DNA of 63,567 nucleotides, the filler included, from Octopus bimaculoides (lineage: Eukaryota): NCBI RefSeq assembly GCF_001194135.2. It is 7 parts of 7 records of this genome, joined end to end, with 100 filler letters (N's around TTAATTAATTAA, not from the genome) between each part and the next. Parts side by side here need not be neighbours in the genome. Positions count along the whole stretch, not along the records: positions 46,858 to 50,032 come from NW_026403446.1; positions 50,133 to 52,100 come from NC_068991.1; positions 52,201 to 60,207 come from NC_068993.1; positions 60,308 to 62,311 come from NW_026323933.1; positions 62,412 to 63,567 come from NW_026380147.1; 2 more parts are not named here. One strand, written 5' to 3'. Position 1 is the stretch's first letter, and the number at the start of each line of letters is the position of its first letter. Both the position numbers and the translations under genes were made by a program. This document shows, in pieces, positions 49,724 to 63,525 of the stretch. Under the pieces are notes generated by a model that saw only the letters and a list, made by a program, of their open reading frames with translations, was not told the DNA's origin and did no database searches.

Positions 49724-50032
49724 TATATATAAAAATGAGAATGTGTGTCTGTCTGTCTGTCTGTCTGTCTGTGTGAATCCCTAAAACTCGAGAACTACGC
49801 AACCAATTTCATTCAAATTTTACACATGCCTTACTTAGGGTTCCAGTTGTGTTTTAGTCAAAAAAAATTTTAACTTCTTGTAGAGTTCGAGCCCACAGCA
49901 ACATAATATCTCCTCCACTATTTAAGTATTACGTGTCAAAAGTGAAACAAAAACACTCATGTCAAATACTTTCACTTTAAAAATGAAACTATTCTACTAA
50001 CTGAAACAATCACATTTCGATACTGTAATGAC
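49724..50032 (+). mobile_element. Helitron/Helentron-like non-autonomous element, 5' part
   Basis: TCTATATATATAAAAATGAGAATGTGTG(TCTG)n start. It runs into a gap. Confidence 0.55.
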
Positions 50033-50213
50033 NNNNNNNNNNNNNNNNNNNNNNNNNNNNNNNNNNNNNNNNNNNNTTAATTAATTAANNNNNNNNNNNN
50101 NNNNNNNNNNNNNNNNNNNNNNNNNNNNNNNNTGGTCTCGGTAACTTATACTTCTGGGAAACCGGGCAAACGGCCTTGTGAGTCTTAGGACTCGAGAAAA
50201 ATCATGTGTGCGC

Positions 50214-50214
<1 letters not shown>

Positions 50215-50272
<58 letters not shown>

Positions 50273-50280
50273 GATTGACT

Positions 50281-50318
<38 letters not shown>

Positions 50319-50361
50319 GAGACAGACAGACGGGCAGACAGACAGACAGACAGACAGACAA

Positions 50362-50394
<33 letters not shown>

Positions 50395-50452
50395 TAGACA
50401 GACAGACAGACAGATAGACAGATAGAGAGAGAGAGAGAGAAAGAGAGACTGT

Positions 50453-50530
<78 letters not shown>

Positions 50531-50575
50531 AATAGACAGACAGACAGACAGACAGACAAATAGACAGACAGACAG

Positions 50576-50646
<71 letters not shown>

Positions 50647-50690
50647 GAGATTGTTAGATAGATAGATAGATAGATAGAGAGATAGATCTA
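50215..50690. repeat. Compound (TG)n/(GACA)n/(GATA)n/(GA)n microsatellite
   Basis: Directly visible. Confidence 0.95.
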
Positions 50691-52231
50691 AATATTGGTT
50701 ATATGCGATATGCAACCCAAGAAGTAAGGGAAGTATTGCATTTGGTAAAAGTAAATATAGGTCGAGGTAGGAGGTTATTTCTGATTGATGCGGTTTGTCA
50801 TGGTGCTTAAGGTCGAAAGTTCAAATAGGGGTCAAGGCAACATACAGAACAAAAATTTTTTTTTTCTACTTTTGGTATTTCTTATTAGTTTTTTTTTTGT
50901 TTTTTGTTTTTTTTCTATGTTGCTCCACGCAGTTACCAATAACCAATTCTTACCCGAAATTATTTAACTCTGGGCCGATAACACGCGTCGCACATCGCTT
51001 AACGATATTTTACACCCGTCAGGCAGCAGAAAGTAGATCAATATCCCATTATGTATTTCTCACTAACCAATTCCCATCCCACATATCCCACATCCCACTT
51101 CCCACATCCCACATCGCACATAAACTCCCCACCAGCAGCCCTCACTAAACATTTATCTTTTTATTCCATTTCCTTAATATCAAGAATGTTCTGAAAGGAA
51201 GCTTAGACTAAGAACATTAACAATGCCATTCATATTTAATACCACAATATTTTGTGTACAATTTCGCTTGTTTCATTTTGATTGTTTTTTTGTTTTTTTA
51301 TATATCATCTGTATGTGTTGTTCTTGTGCTGTTGTTTTATTTTGTTCAGCACTGTATTTTTTTTTATAGATTTTCCTTTAAATGTCTCCCTTTGTTAATC
51401 AACTGTGTACACACACATACATACATACAAACATACATACATACATACATACATACATCCCACATACATATATGTGAATGTAAGCATGTATATATATGTA
51501 TATATATATATATTTCATATATTGATATAGATACAGATATAGATATACACATATATATATGTGTGCATATATATTGTATATATCTATACATATATATTTG
51601 CATATATATATATACATACATATATAGATATACAAATGTATGCATGCATGTGTATACATATATATATATACATACTGTAGTAAATTACACAACTGTTGTG
51701 GAGACAAATCGATTCGCTATTATTGTGAAATATATTACAGCAAATGAAATATTTTTGACAGACAAAAACAAATAAAACGCCTTTCTTAATCTATGTGCGT
51801 ATACATGAGTGTGTCTACGTGCGCATGCGCACGCGCACGCGACCGCGTGTGTGTATTCGTATGTATGAATGAATGTATGTATATATAGGTATACATGTAT
51901 GCATGCATATAAGTGTGTGTGTGCGTGTTTGTATGCATACATGTATGTATGTATTTATACACATGAAACGCATACAAAGAGACATATATACACGTGTGTG
52001 AGTGTATATACACACAGCGTAAGCTCGATGTCACCGTCAGTCTTAACGTTGGTTGTATGTGTGTGTGTGTGTATGTATATATATATATATATATATATAT
52101 NNNNNNNNNNNNNNNNNNNNNNNNNNNNNNNNNNNNNNNNNNNNTTAATTAATTAANNNNNNNNNNNNNNNNNNNNNNNNNNNNNNNNNNNNNNNNNNNN
52201 TATATATATATATATATATATATACATACAT

Positions 52232-52277
<46 letters not shown>

Positions 52278-52698
52278 TGTTTATTGCCAAGGTTTTGTTT
52301 CTCCTTTCCATAGTCCAATGTACAAATGCACATAAATACATATATACATAAATCCTTGTAAGTAAGTACATGAACACACACACACACTTGAATACATACA
52401 CGTGTACAAACAACACACAAACACACACAAATACACATATACACATAGTAATATAAGTACTGAATACTTTCCAGAAAGCTTTCGTTTTTGCTACTTCATT
52501 GTATTCACTATTCTTCTTCTCTCCATGTATCTGCTCATTTATTCTCAAAGGATTTAGTTGCTTTGGGACAGACAGATAGACAGACAGACAAACAGATAGA
52601 TAGAAGTCACGTCTGGTTCAAATTCCAACGGGTTTTTTTCTGCATATGACCTTGGAATGCCCTACCATTTCAGAATTTTTTGTACATGCAATTAAGAC

Positions 52699-52746
<48 letters not shown>

Positions 52747-55292
52747 TGTCATTCCTAAACTTCATTATTCAATTCAGCATCAAAGTCTTTTGGTACGCTG
52801 GTAGGCTAGCAACAGTTATGAGTATAGCTTCCAAAATTTTATTTGCAAATTTAATTATAAAATTATCTCTTTCATATAGCATCATGCAACAGATAAAGAC
52901 AGTTTTTTTCCTGTAATATTTGGAATATGACATGTTCAAATTTTTGCTTTTCATTAAACAAAGATTCTTTTTATTTTTTCTTCAAAGTTTTCCATCCTCA
53001 TCATTCCAGTTCATCAAACACTTGAAATTTCTATGCTAAAAAGTGGAAAAATATTTCTCAAAATCCTATATTCTTAAGGTTTATATGTCAATCAAGGTGG
53101 CATCACCCGAGACACTGGCCGACCGACTTGCTGTTATTGTTTTTTTTTGTGTTGTCATTAAAAAGGAAATATAAATTTGGCTGACATTGCTTACCATATC
53201 ATTTCTATTTATGCAAAATAAATTTCACTGATGAAGGTGATGGGGCTATTCTGCAACTTTAGATTTCAGATTGTCTATGATGACCAATTTTTAGTTATCT
53301 TTCAATGGATGTCTTCTACCATAAATTCCTGGTTCTTAGGTAGATTTCATTAAGAAAACAAATTAGAAAAATGCCAAAGTAAAAATTCAAGGATTGTCAC
53401 TAAAAACAACATATCATAAAGGCAATCCTAAATACTCTCTTCTCTTATAAAATGATTTGCATGTTTACATCTTGAAACATTATTTTGATTAACAAAAGTG
53501 AAAGTAGAGCTGTAAGTTCAAATGTCACCACGATTGTATGAAATTCAAAAGGATCCATGAAATGAACAATTCTTTGTAAAACTATCATTTTTCTGAAGTC
53601 TTTGTGGTACTTCTTTGCTTCATGAAAATAATAAATAATTTTCAAGAAAAATAATTTTGGGAAAGCAAAATCTTTAATCCTTGGTTTGCTTTTAGTTGCT
53701 CGTATTCTTTTCCGCCAACATTTGATTTACTTTGGACTGCAAGAGAACTTATCTACCCTAGGTGCAAAAGTAACAGAGGTATGTGTAAACTGCTTTGCTT
53801 AGTAAGCTTGTGATGGGATTAAAAGAAGTGAGTCTACATGGTTGTTACTAACCTCTATTTTCTCTTCTTTTTGAGACTATTTTTTCTTTGCTTTTATTCA
53901 GATTATATTTTCATTCAGAATATCCAGTATATTATGGAATATTCACCTGTTGCCAGAAAAATTTCCAAAGAAAGAAGTGGAAACACTGCTATTGCATTGG
54001 CACACACACAACACCTTATGACTGCTCATTCTGAAAACAATAAGCAGCCATATTTATCACCTACTTCTAGATATCCTATTTAGTCTTTCCTGTATTGTAT
54101 CACCATATATACATCATATTTCATATATGAATTTTTCATACAGTCTTTGTCTTGCATAGACAGACAAATATTTATGTTGTTGCTGTTTAACCCTGAGTCA
54201 GTCCAGTTTCAGACGATAGTTGATCAGAAATGCATCTACCATGAGAAATCTTGTTTTGCGTTTTGATTTTTGTTTTTAGTCAGCTATCACATGTCTTGCA
54301 CTGCATTATCCAATACAGTTTTAGCTATGTTTAATTTGCAACATGAAAACATGATTTAAGTGAAATTTTTGGCTAATATTCCTAGCAAACCAAATGGCTC
54401 TGTAGAAGCTCCATTGATTTGTTTTTGTTTGTTTAATTTTTCCTTTTTTTTTTTCTGTAAATCTTTATTGTTACATTTGCTTCACTTTGAAGGTGAAATT
54501 TCACCTAAAGAACAATTGATTTCCGATGGTTTAATGGTCAGATTCATTAAAAGAAAAAAAAAAAAAAGAAAAAATAAAAGAAAATAAAAGAAAAACAAAA
54601 CATAAATTTCACTTTCAAAGTGTAACAAGAGTTAATGGTAGGAATTTACTGTTCTTTTAATAAAAATTTCCTGAACGACTGATATCCATCATTTCTTTAT
54701 CAATTATGCTTTCATGAAAGTCACCTGGTCTCTAGCGGTCCAGATGTTCAACTCACAAACATAAAGTCTTAAGGTTGATTCCTAGACTGGATGACATGTT
54801 GTGTCCTTCAGCAAGTCACTTCATTACACATATAACAAGTCTATTCAACTGAAAACGAGTATCAGTCTACTACTGGTGCAGCCCTATCTCCCTTGATATT
54901 TTGCTGAGTTAAAAATGGAAGGGTAGAGTTTTCTTAAAGGGCTGTGTTAACAGAATTATAAGCTTCTAGAAAAAGCAATGCATGGAGGCCCCCTATGTTA
55001 ACAATAACAACATAAATAGATTAACACTCGGTCCTTTGACTTGCAGGACTCCTGGTTAACTGACCAGTGTGTCCAAGTCTTAAAACAATTCTGTGTCTAT
55101 GTCTACCTGAACACCTAAAACAAAATACTAAGGTTAATTTAATGTTTTCCCTTTTTTATACTGAGAGACACAAAGTGAGGAAAAGTTTCTGGTGATTTGT
55201 GAAGCAAAAATATTAAAAGGTTTGTAACATAGAAGTATAGACAAGGTCATCTTAAGGTAGATGGTATGGTAAAAAGTTACCTTCTCAAGTCA

Positions 55293-55522
55293 TGGCGACT
55301 CATAAGGGCCAAGTTTCTGGTTTCCATGACATATATATTTGCTTATTGGATGGGACACTGGTCCATCACAGGAAAACTCATTTTTGCCAGCTAAGTGGAC
55401 TGGAGCAACATGAAATGAAGTGTTTTGCTCAAGAACACAATGCGTTGCCTGGTCTAGGAACTGAAATCACAATCTTGTGATCATGAGGCCAACACCCAAA
55501 CCACTAAGCTACATGCCTCCAC
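55293..55522 (-). mobile_element. SINE family D
   Basis: The reverse strand has a tRNA-like head followed by gcattgtgttcttgagcaaaacacttcatttcatgttgctccagtccactt. Related fragments lie at ~38350-38460 and ~54730-54870. Confidence 0.6.
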
Positions 55523-56269
55523 TGTAGATGGTATGAGTGTAATAGCCCCTAAACTAGGAGATCCATTGATCCATGAATAATATCTATCCAATTAGTTTAG
55601 CTTGAAGTATCCATCTTGTTACTCTTTCCTACGACATCCTAATAACATGTCTGTGGTTCTAGAGTGTGACCTCTCAATGCAGAAAAGTAGTGGCTTGACC
55701 CCAAAGAACTCCCTGATCTTTGAGCAAGGAACTCTGTTGATTAACATTACTCCTGAAATCTTTCAGAAGAACTCCATTTTGGCCCTTATATTCATGATCA
55801 TAATGGAAGACAAACTTGAAAACTGAATTGAAGATAGCATATTTGGCTTTTTTTTCAACCTCCATTCTTCTGCAAACTGGGTACCAGAATATGTGCATTA
55901 TTGTGCCAGCAAATGCAATTCCAACATCCAACTCAGCCTTTTGTTTCCTATCACAAAGGAATATGGCCCTAAAATACTTAAACTTATCTACTCGTTGACG
56001 TGGATTGACATGAGTAATATAATTTCATTATATTTTGCTGGAAGTAAGGACCCAGATCTTCAGTGAATCACCAAGTTCCCGAGTACCCAAATATGGCCCC
56101 GGGCATAGCATACAAATTCTTTGTAAATATATCTCACGATAGCAATCCAGTGAGGGATTCTCTCTGTGGTTAAATGGTTTGCTAGAAAATGCAGTCAAAT
56201 TTTTCCTAATTAACACTCTCTAGTTTAAACAAAAAAATGAACTATATGTTGGGTAATATTGCAGTGGGT

Positions 56270-56707
56270 GAAGGTAGGGAGCTGGCAGAAACGTTAGCAT
56301 GCTGGGCGAAATGCTTAGCGGTATTTCGTCTGCTGTTACGTTCTGAGTTCAAATTCCGCCAAGGTCGACTTTGCCTTTCATCCTTTCGGGGTCGATAAAT
56401 TAAGTACCAGTTACGCACTGGGGACGATGCAGTCGACTAAATCCCTTTGTCTGTCCTTGTTTGTCCCCTCTATGTTTAGCCCCTTGTGGGCAATAAAGAA
56501 ATAAGAAACGTTATCATATCAGGTGAAATGCTTAGTAGTATTTTGTCAGTCTTCATGTTCTGAGTTCATATTCCACTGAGGTCGACTTTGCCTTTCATCC
56601 TTTTAGAGTCGATAAATTAAGTACCAGTTGCATACTGGGATCGATCTAATCGACTGGTCCCCTCTCAAAAAATTTCGGGTCTAGTGCCTAGAGTAGAAAA
56701 GGATATT
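56270..56707 (+). mobile_element. SINE family B dimer (young copy joined to an older copy with a different tail)
   Basis: The first copy's tail aagaaataAGAAAcgtta runs into the second copy's head. The second tail tcaaaaaatttcgggtctagtgcctagagtagaaaagg also occurs at ~10455-10510. Confidence 0.85.
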
Positions 56708-56819
56708 GCTGTGGGTGTATTATGTCTGAAAAACAAATGACATGATGGTCATGAATGGAACACCTTTGATCGCTGGTTGAATGTGATCAAAGTGAAATTA
56801 TAATCAATATCCTCTGTCT

Positions 56820-57290
56820 TTGACTTGTTTTGGTCATTGGACCTTGGCACTGCTGGAGCACAGCCCTAAAGAGTTTAGTCAAACAAATTGACCCCTGTAC
56901 TTATTTTTAAGCCTGGCACTTATTCTATTGGGTCTCTTTTGCTGAACTGCTAAGTTATGGGGTTTAAAGAAACCAACACTAGTTGCTAAGTGGTGGGGCA
57001 TAGACACAAACGCAAAGGCACACACAAACACACAGAGATTCATACTTATTTTTTATACATATATACATACACACACGCTTGCATACATACATGCTTACAT
57101 ACATTCGTGCTTACTTACATGCATACATACATTTATAGATGCATACATATGACAGACTTCTACTAAATTCCCCCACAAGGTTTTGATCAGCTCAGGGTTA
57201 TAGTAGAAGACATTTGGCCACTGCAGTAGGACTGAACCAACAACCATGTGGTTCAGAAGCAAACTTCTCATCACACAACAACAGTTGTGC
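56820..57290 (-). mobile_element. SINE family A, old copy
   Basis: ttttgctgaactgctaagttatgggg, internal (CATA)n, aaccatgtggttcagaagcaaacttc. Confidence 0.65.
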
Positions 57291-57864
57291 CTATATGTGT
57301 ATATATACACATTAACTTACAATATGTGTATATGTGTGTGATGTGTGTATGTATATATTAGTGTGTAAATGTGGCTATCGTTATTTAGTTACTGGTTCAA
57401 GGTTAATCAATCAGAAAATGAGGTGTGATTTGAGGGTGATTTTGCTTCCATTTCAAGCTGACCAATTTACCATGTAGAGGCACTTTCTTTTGCACATGTA
57501 CATGCATATTCATTCATATACAAAAGTGGTAATATACTCAAATCGTTGCTACATGTACTAATTAAATTCATAATCTCACTGATTTTAATTACACTCTGTC
57601 ATTCTAATTAATGCAGTGTAAATTATTTCTAACAATCAATTCTATTTATTTAGGAATGTGTTGATGGCATACTGACGTCATGCATGTCGTACTTCGTTAA
57701 AGTTCACATAATTCAGAGCTAACTGAAACCTTCAACAACCTATTTAATGTTATACATTGGGATTTACTAAACTATATATCTAGTATCATTTATATCTAAT
57801 ATTATATATATATGTGTGTGTGTGCGTGTGTGTAGAATTATTTTTAACCCACAATACAGCATTA

Positions 57865-58106
57865 AGCTATGACTGATGTCATCAGATCATAGCTCATTGG
57901 GTCGTACGCAATGAGCTATGAATAATATCAAATCATAGCTCATTGGGTTGTACGCAATTAGCTATGAATGATATCATCAGATCATAGCTCATTGGGTCGT
58001 ATGCAATGAGCTATGAATGATATCATCAGATCATAGCTCATTGGATCGTATGCAATGAGCTATGAATGATATCATCAGATCATAGCTCATTGGGTCGTAC
58101 GCAATG
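57865..58106. repeat. Tandem array of a 49-bp hairpin unit (~4.7 copies)
   Basis: Unit TCATCAGATCATAGCTCATTGGGTCGTACGCAATGAGCTATGAATGATA starts at 57879, 57928 (46 bp), 57974, 58023 and 58072 (partial). Each unit has a 13-bp stem and a 9-nt loop. Confidence 0.95.
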
Positions 58107-58668
58107 CTTTGGGTGGCACATGTGCTTCAAAAGCTGAAGAATGTCTCTGAAAGATGATGAGTGATCTAGAATACCCCCATAAACATGGTATTGTTTATTG
58201 AGAATTTGTCTCCCGGGGCCAGACTGTCAATTGAGAGTTCTACTGTGAGGTTTTGAAGCATTTGAGGATGGACATTTGGTGATAATGACCAGATTTGTGG
58301 AGTGCAAAGAATTGGAATTTTTCACAACAACAATGCGCCCTGTCATCAAGCACTCCTCTATCTTGAGTTTCTCACCAAAAACAGCATGGTATCACTTCCA
58401 CACTCACCTTATTAACCAAATTTAGCACCTATGGACTTCCATCTTTTCCCCAAGATGAAAATGCAGCTCAAAGGTTGCCATTTAAACACTATTGTCGAGA
58501 TCCAGAGGGAATCACATTAGGTCCTTCCAGGCAAGATTCCAAAAGTGGCAGGAATGCTGGAACTGCTGTACTGGTGACTATTTTAAAGGAGATGACTATT
58601 TCAAAGGAGATAAGTTACTTTTGTTATTAACCATAAGTAGTCTTGGAACTTTATGATACCACCTTGTA
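58092..58668 (+). mobile_element. 5'-truncated, internally deleted mariner (third lineage)
   Basis: GRTQCFGWH..SLKDDE, then GQTVN*EFYCEVLKHL, NAPCH and SPY*PNLAPMDFHLFPKMK. Only the right TIR is present (..ggaactttatgataccaccttgTA). Confidence 0.85.
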
Positions 58669-59582
58669 TTTCTGCAGTGAAAGGTTTTCCCATATCTGAG
58701 TATACACAAATGTATTTACTATGATTCTATGCAAATATATTTCTTTCAATGCTGCTTTGCGCACCCCCAATTAATTAATTATAGCATGACCAAGCTAGGC
58801 ATGCATCAGTAAATTTACTATTTGCTGTTTTTGTATATAAGAACAACTGTCGTTAAAGGGCCATGAATGATTGATCTGGAATTTGTAGCTGATGAAGTAT
58901 AACAATGGAGAATTGCATTTTATGATGCAATAACATGATTCATAACTCAATGTTTTATTTTCATATATATTGTGTATGGGGAGAATTTTCACCCAAGACT
59001 ATTTCCACCACAGAAGGTCTTCCTGTATCCAGGTGTATATGAATGTAATAAATATGATGGTGCACACCTATGTTTTATTCAATGCTACTTGTGGCACTCC
59101 AATCAAATAATGTGTTATATATCATCTGCCAGCTTTGGCATTGGTTCTATAGTGGGATGTCCTTCTTAAAGATTACTCTTTCTAAATTTACTCTTTCTAA
59201 TGCCTAACTCATAGCAAATAAAACTGCAGCTGCCCAATGTTGCACACAATACATAGCTGTGGAGCTATTCACGATGGTGCATAGTATATCATTCTAGAAA
59301 GGCTGAAAATGATTCAAAATACACAACACTGGATTTACCCTGTATGGTATTCACTGTAAAATTTTTGAGCAGCTCGAATTTAGTCACCCTATACTATGCT
59401 ATTCAACACCAAAACTGCTTTAGGTGACCTTTCAAAATATAGTACTAGACCTGCTTAAAGTGACCTGGCCAATATAAAATATTGTGGTTGATTAAAATAT
59501 GATATATCAGAGCAGAGTTACACTCAAGATGACTCCTTGTATGCAAAGCTGCACTTGATCAATATGACCCTCAGTGTAAAAT

Positions 59583-59635
<53 letters not shown>

Positions 59636-59717
59636 NNNNNNNNNNNNNNNNNNNNNNNNNNNNNNNNNNNNNNNNNNNNNNNNNNNNNNNNNNNNNNNNN
59701 NNNNNNNNNNNNNNNNN

Positions 59718-59767
<50 letters not shown>

Positions 59768-59782
59768 TAGATAGATAGATAG

Positions 59783-60160
59783 GTGTGGCTGTGTGGTAAG
59801 AAGCTTGCTTCCCAGCCACATGCTTATAGGTTCAGTCCCACTGTGTGGTGGCACCTTGGGCAAGTGTCTTTTACTATAGCCTCAGGCTGATCAAAGCCTT
59901 GTGAGTGGATTTGGTGTGTGTATATTTATGTGTGTGTCTTTGTGTCTGTGTTTGTCCTCCCCACCATCACTACTTGACATTTGGTGTTGGTATGTTTATG
60001 GCCCCCATAACTTAGCGGTTCAGCAAAATAGACTGATAGAATAAGTACTAGGCTTACAAAGAATAAGTCCTGGGATTGATTTCTTTGACTAGAACCCTTT
60101 AAGGTGGTGCTCCAGCATGGCTACATTCAAATGACTGAAATGAATTAAATAATAAAAGTA
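59783..60160 (+). mobile_element. SINE family A, full length
   Basis: gtgtggctgtgtggtaagaagcttgc...ccttgggcaagtgtctt...gactgaaatgaattaaataataaaa. Confidence 0.88.
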
Positions 60161-60307
60161 TATATATGTATATAAATGTATGTATGGATGTATACACCAG
60201 TTCTCTCNNNNNNNNNNNNNNNNNNNNNNNNNNNNNNNNNNNNNNNNNNNNTTAATTAATTAANNNNNNNNNNNNNNNNNNNNNNNNNNNNNNNNNNNNN
60301 NNNNNNN

Positions 60308-60485
60308 GTATATATAGATGCATATCCGGGTACAGGACGTCAAAAAAACGTGGACAAGAAAGGAACGGGAACATAAATAAAGCACAAAAATGAATGAACA
60401 ACTAGGAAAACAGACAAGCCACGTATGGAATTTTTCCTTCATCAACTGCCTCTATTCTAAACTAGCCGTTTCGAAGATGAGGCAA
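60308..60485 (-). mobile_element. Copy of the 20763/28193-type repeat
   Basis: gatgcatatccgggtacaggacgtc...tcaactgcctctattctaactagccgtttcgaagat is shared with 28231-28355. Confidence 0.7.
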
Positions 60486-60955
60486 TATATATGCATATGA
60501 ACCCTAAACCTGTATCCTACAATATGAATACTTGGGGTTCTTTACTAATCTAAACAATATTGTAAGTCTGGTGGGCCAAGTATTTTGCTCAGATTGATAA
60601 TACTTCATTATTAGTTATGTTTATATAAGTATATATATTATTTTTCATTGAACTGGCGATGTGCAGTAGTGTATGTTAGGAGCAGGGCCGTTCTGCCCAT
60701 AGAAATACATATATTGGTTGTAGTTCGCAATTTGTTTTTTAATGGGTGTACTTGTTTGTCAATGCGTAAGTTCTTCGCGAAAGGTCTTAAAATCAATCAA
60801 TGAAAAAATACAGAAACAGCGAACTAGCAACAGTGCTTATGATTATATCTTTACAATGAACTACCCAAAATACCATATGTATATATATATATGTGTGTGT
60901 GTTTGTATATATAAAATGTATGTCTTCCACTCTCTATTTTTGTACATATATTTTG

Positions 60956-60986
<31 letters not shown>

Positions 60987-60990
60987 CTAT

Positions 60991-61046
<56 letters not shown>

Positions 61047-62280
61047 NNNNNNNNNNNNNNNNNNNNNNNNNNNNNNNNNNNNNNNNNNNNNNNNNNNNNN
61101 NNNNNNNNNNNNNNNNNNNNNNNNNNNNNNNNNNNNNNNNNNNNNNNNNNNNNNNNNNNNNNNNNNNNNNNNNNNNNNNNNNNNNNNNNNNNNNNNNNNN
61201 NNNNNNNNNNNNNNNNNNNNNNNNNNNNNNNNNNNNNNNNNNNNNNNNNNNNNNNNNNNNNNNNNNNNNNNNNNNNNNNNNNNNNNNNNNNNNNNNNNNN
61301 NNNNNNNNNNNNNNNNNNNNNNNNNNNNNNNNNNNNNNNNNNNNNNNNNNNNNNNNNNNNNNNNNNNNNNNNNNNNNNNNNNNNNNNNNNNNNNNNNNNN
61401 NNNNNNNNNNNNNNNNNNNNNNNNNNNNNNNNNNNNNNNNNNNNNNNNNNNNNNNNNNNNNNNNNNNNNNNNNNNNNNNNNNNNNNNNNNNNNNNNNNNN
61501 NNNNNNNNNNNNNNNNNNNNNNNNNNNNNNNNNNNNNNNNNNNNNNNNNNNNNNNNNNNNNNNNNNNNNNNNNNNNNNNNNNNNNNNNNNNNNNNNNNNN
61601 NNNNNNNNNNNNNNNNNNNNNNNNNNNNNNNNNNNNNNNNNNNNNNNNNNNNNNNNNNNNNNNNNNNNNNNNNNNNNNNNNNNNNNNNNNNNNNNNNNNN
61701 NNNNNNNNNNNNNNNNNNNNNNNNNNNNNNNNNNNNNNNNNNNNNNNNNNNNNNNNNNNNNNNNNNNNNNNNNNNNNNNNNNNNNNNNNNNNNNNNNNNN
61801 NNNNNNNNNNNNNNGTTTCTGTATGTGTGTATGATTGTGTGCGTATGTGTAAGCGTGTGTATATTTATGTGTATGTGTAAGCGCGTGTGTGTGTGTGTGT
61901 GTGTGTATGTGTGTGTGTGTACGTGTGGATGGATATCTGTGTTTAAAAGGGTAAGTATACTTCAAGTCTTTATCTGATCCTGTACCTATAAGATCTTGCA
62001 TAAAAGTAAAAATTTGCACTTTTACACACGCACCTACTGACGCGCATGCGCGTGTGTGCGTGTGTGTCTGTTACTGTGTGTGCATGCGTGTGTGTGTGTG
62101 TGTATCTGAGCATGGTGGGTGAGTTCCTCATAATTTACATGTCTTCATTTTTTGTACATATATATAGAGGGATGCCCTATGTTTTATGTGTCAGCATATA
62201 TACATCTGTAGTCTACTCATTCCGTTGCACGTGTTTATCAGTGTGAAATGTGTATGTTTGTGTGTACATATATATATATA

Positions 62281-62311
<31 letters not shown>

Positions 62312-62411
62312 NNNNNNNNNNNNNNNNNNNNNNNNNNNNNNNNNNNNNNNNNNNNTTAATTAATTAANNNNNNNNNNNNNNNNNNNNNNNNNNNNNNNNN
62401 NNNNNNNNNNN

Positions 62412-62454
<43 letters not shown>

Positions 62455-62456
<2 letters not shown>

Positions 62457-63522
62457 CTTCTGCATGGCAAATATGTGATCCGTTGCAAACAAGCTGAGGT
62501 AGGCCAGAATTACACCCATGAGTGACTACAGAGCTTAGGGCTAAAATCAGAGCTTATTGACCCGGAACTACCAAGCCAACGTGATGAAAAATGGAGGAGA
62601 CTGAAAGTGTCGATACTGCAATAATGAAATTGAAACAGAAGACCACCTAATATCAGGGTGTAAGGTTTTAGCATCTGTAGAGTATAAATCAAGATATGAA
62701 AGAGTTGGTCAATATCTACACTGGATAATACGTTAGCAGTATAAAATCAAAACTGATAACAAATGGTACAAGCACCATCCTGAGGCTGTAACTGAGGGAG
62801 AAAATGTANNNNNNNNNNCAAATGGTACAAGCACCATCCTGAGGCTGTAACTGAGGGAGAAAATGTAATAATTCTTTGGGACTTTCCAGTATGTACAGAC
62901 CGGACCATCAAAGTTAATAAACCAGATATTGTTGTGAAAGACCNNNNNNNNNNCCGGACCATCAAAGTTAATAAACCAGATATTGTTGTGAAAGACCAAA
63001 ACAATAAAGTTTGTATATTGATTGACATGAGCATACTCTGTGATCATAATATCTCGACAAAAGAATTTGATAAGCTCAGAAATATAAATAGGAAGGTGGA
63101 AGATGGCTAATATCAGCAGAAGACTGTGTGGAGTTAACTAGAGTAGATATAGACTCCTGTGTAGGTAATAGTGAAGAAAGTTTATTAAGAGCAGCTAGAA
63201 TTACCGCAAGACATAGGGAAACCCAAAAAACCAAACGATGTTGAAAACCAGAAAAAATAGGATAAAAGTTATCTGACTGGAAGGAGATGGCTTTGCATGG
63301 TAGGTTCTCAACGATAGGTGCAGCAAACAGTAGTAGTAAGACATGGTTGCAGAAAGGAAGGCTGAAAAGGGAGGCAGACAGTTTGTTAGTAGCAGCACAA
63401 GATCAAGTATTAAGGACTAATCGGATAGAAGCCAAGATAGCCAAAAGCGAAGTAGATTCCCAAAGTAGGTCATTCAAATCAAAAGAGGAAAGCGTTACTC
63501 ATATAGTAAATGAATATAACAT

Positions 63523-63525
<3 letters not shown>
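62455..63525 (+). mobile_element. Two abutting R4/Dong-clade LINE fragments following (AAT)n
   Basis: First fragment: KLLHGKY, ETEDHLISGCKVLA, ILWDFPVCTDRTIKVNKPDIVVKD..CILIDM. Second fragment (from ~63090): WKEMALHGRF, LLVAAQDQVLRTN, ESVTHIV. Confidence 0.85.

Noticed and set aside
51072-51120. (TCCCACA)n heptamer run
   Set aside because: Short, degenerate simple repeat; not telomeric.
51254-54083. Possible downstream exons of the EGF gene (acceptors near 51370 and 53900-53917)
   Set aside because: The phase-1 translations are short or unrecognisable, and polypyrimidine-AG is common in this AT-rich DNA.
57879-58106. CRISPR-like palindromic repeat array
   Set aside because: No unique spacers, no cas genes, eukaryotic context; explained as a tandem hairpin repeat.
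31423-62367. Six identical TTAATTAATTAA motifs
   Set aside because: Always centred in N runs and giving stops in all frames, so a scaffolding linker rather than biology.
62760-62997. Two short direct duplications flanking 10-N gaps
   Set aside because: Typical unmerged contig overlaps.
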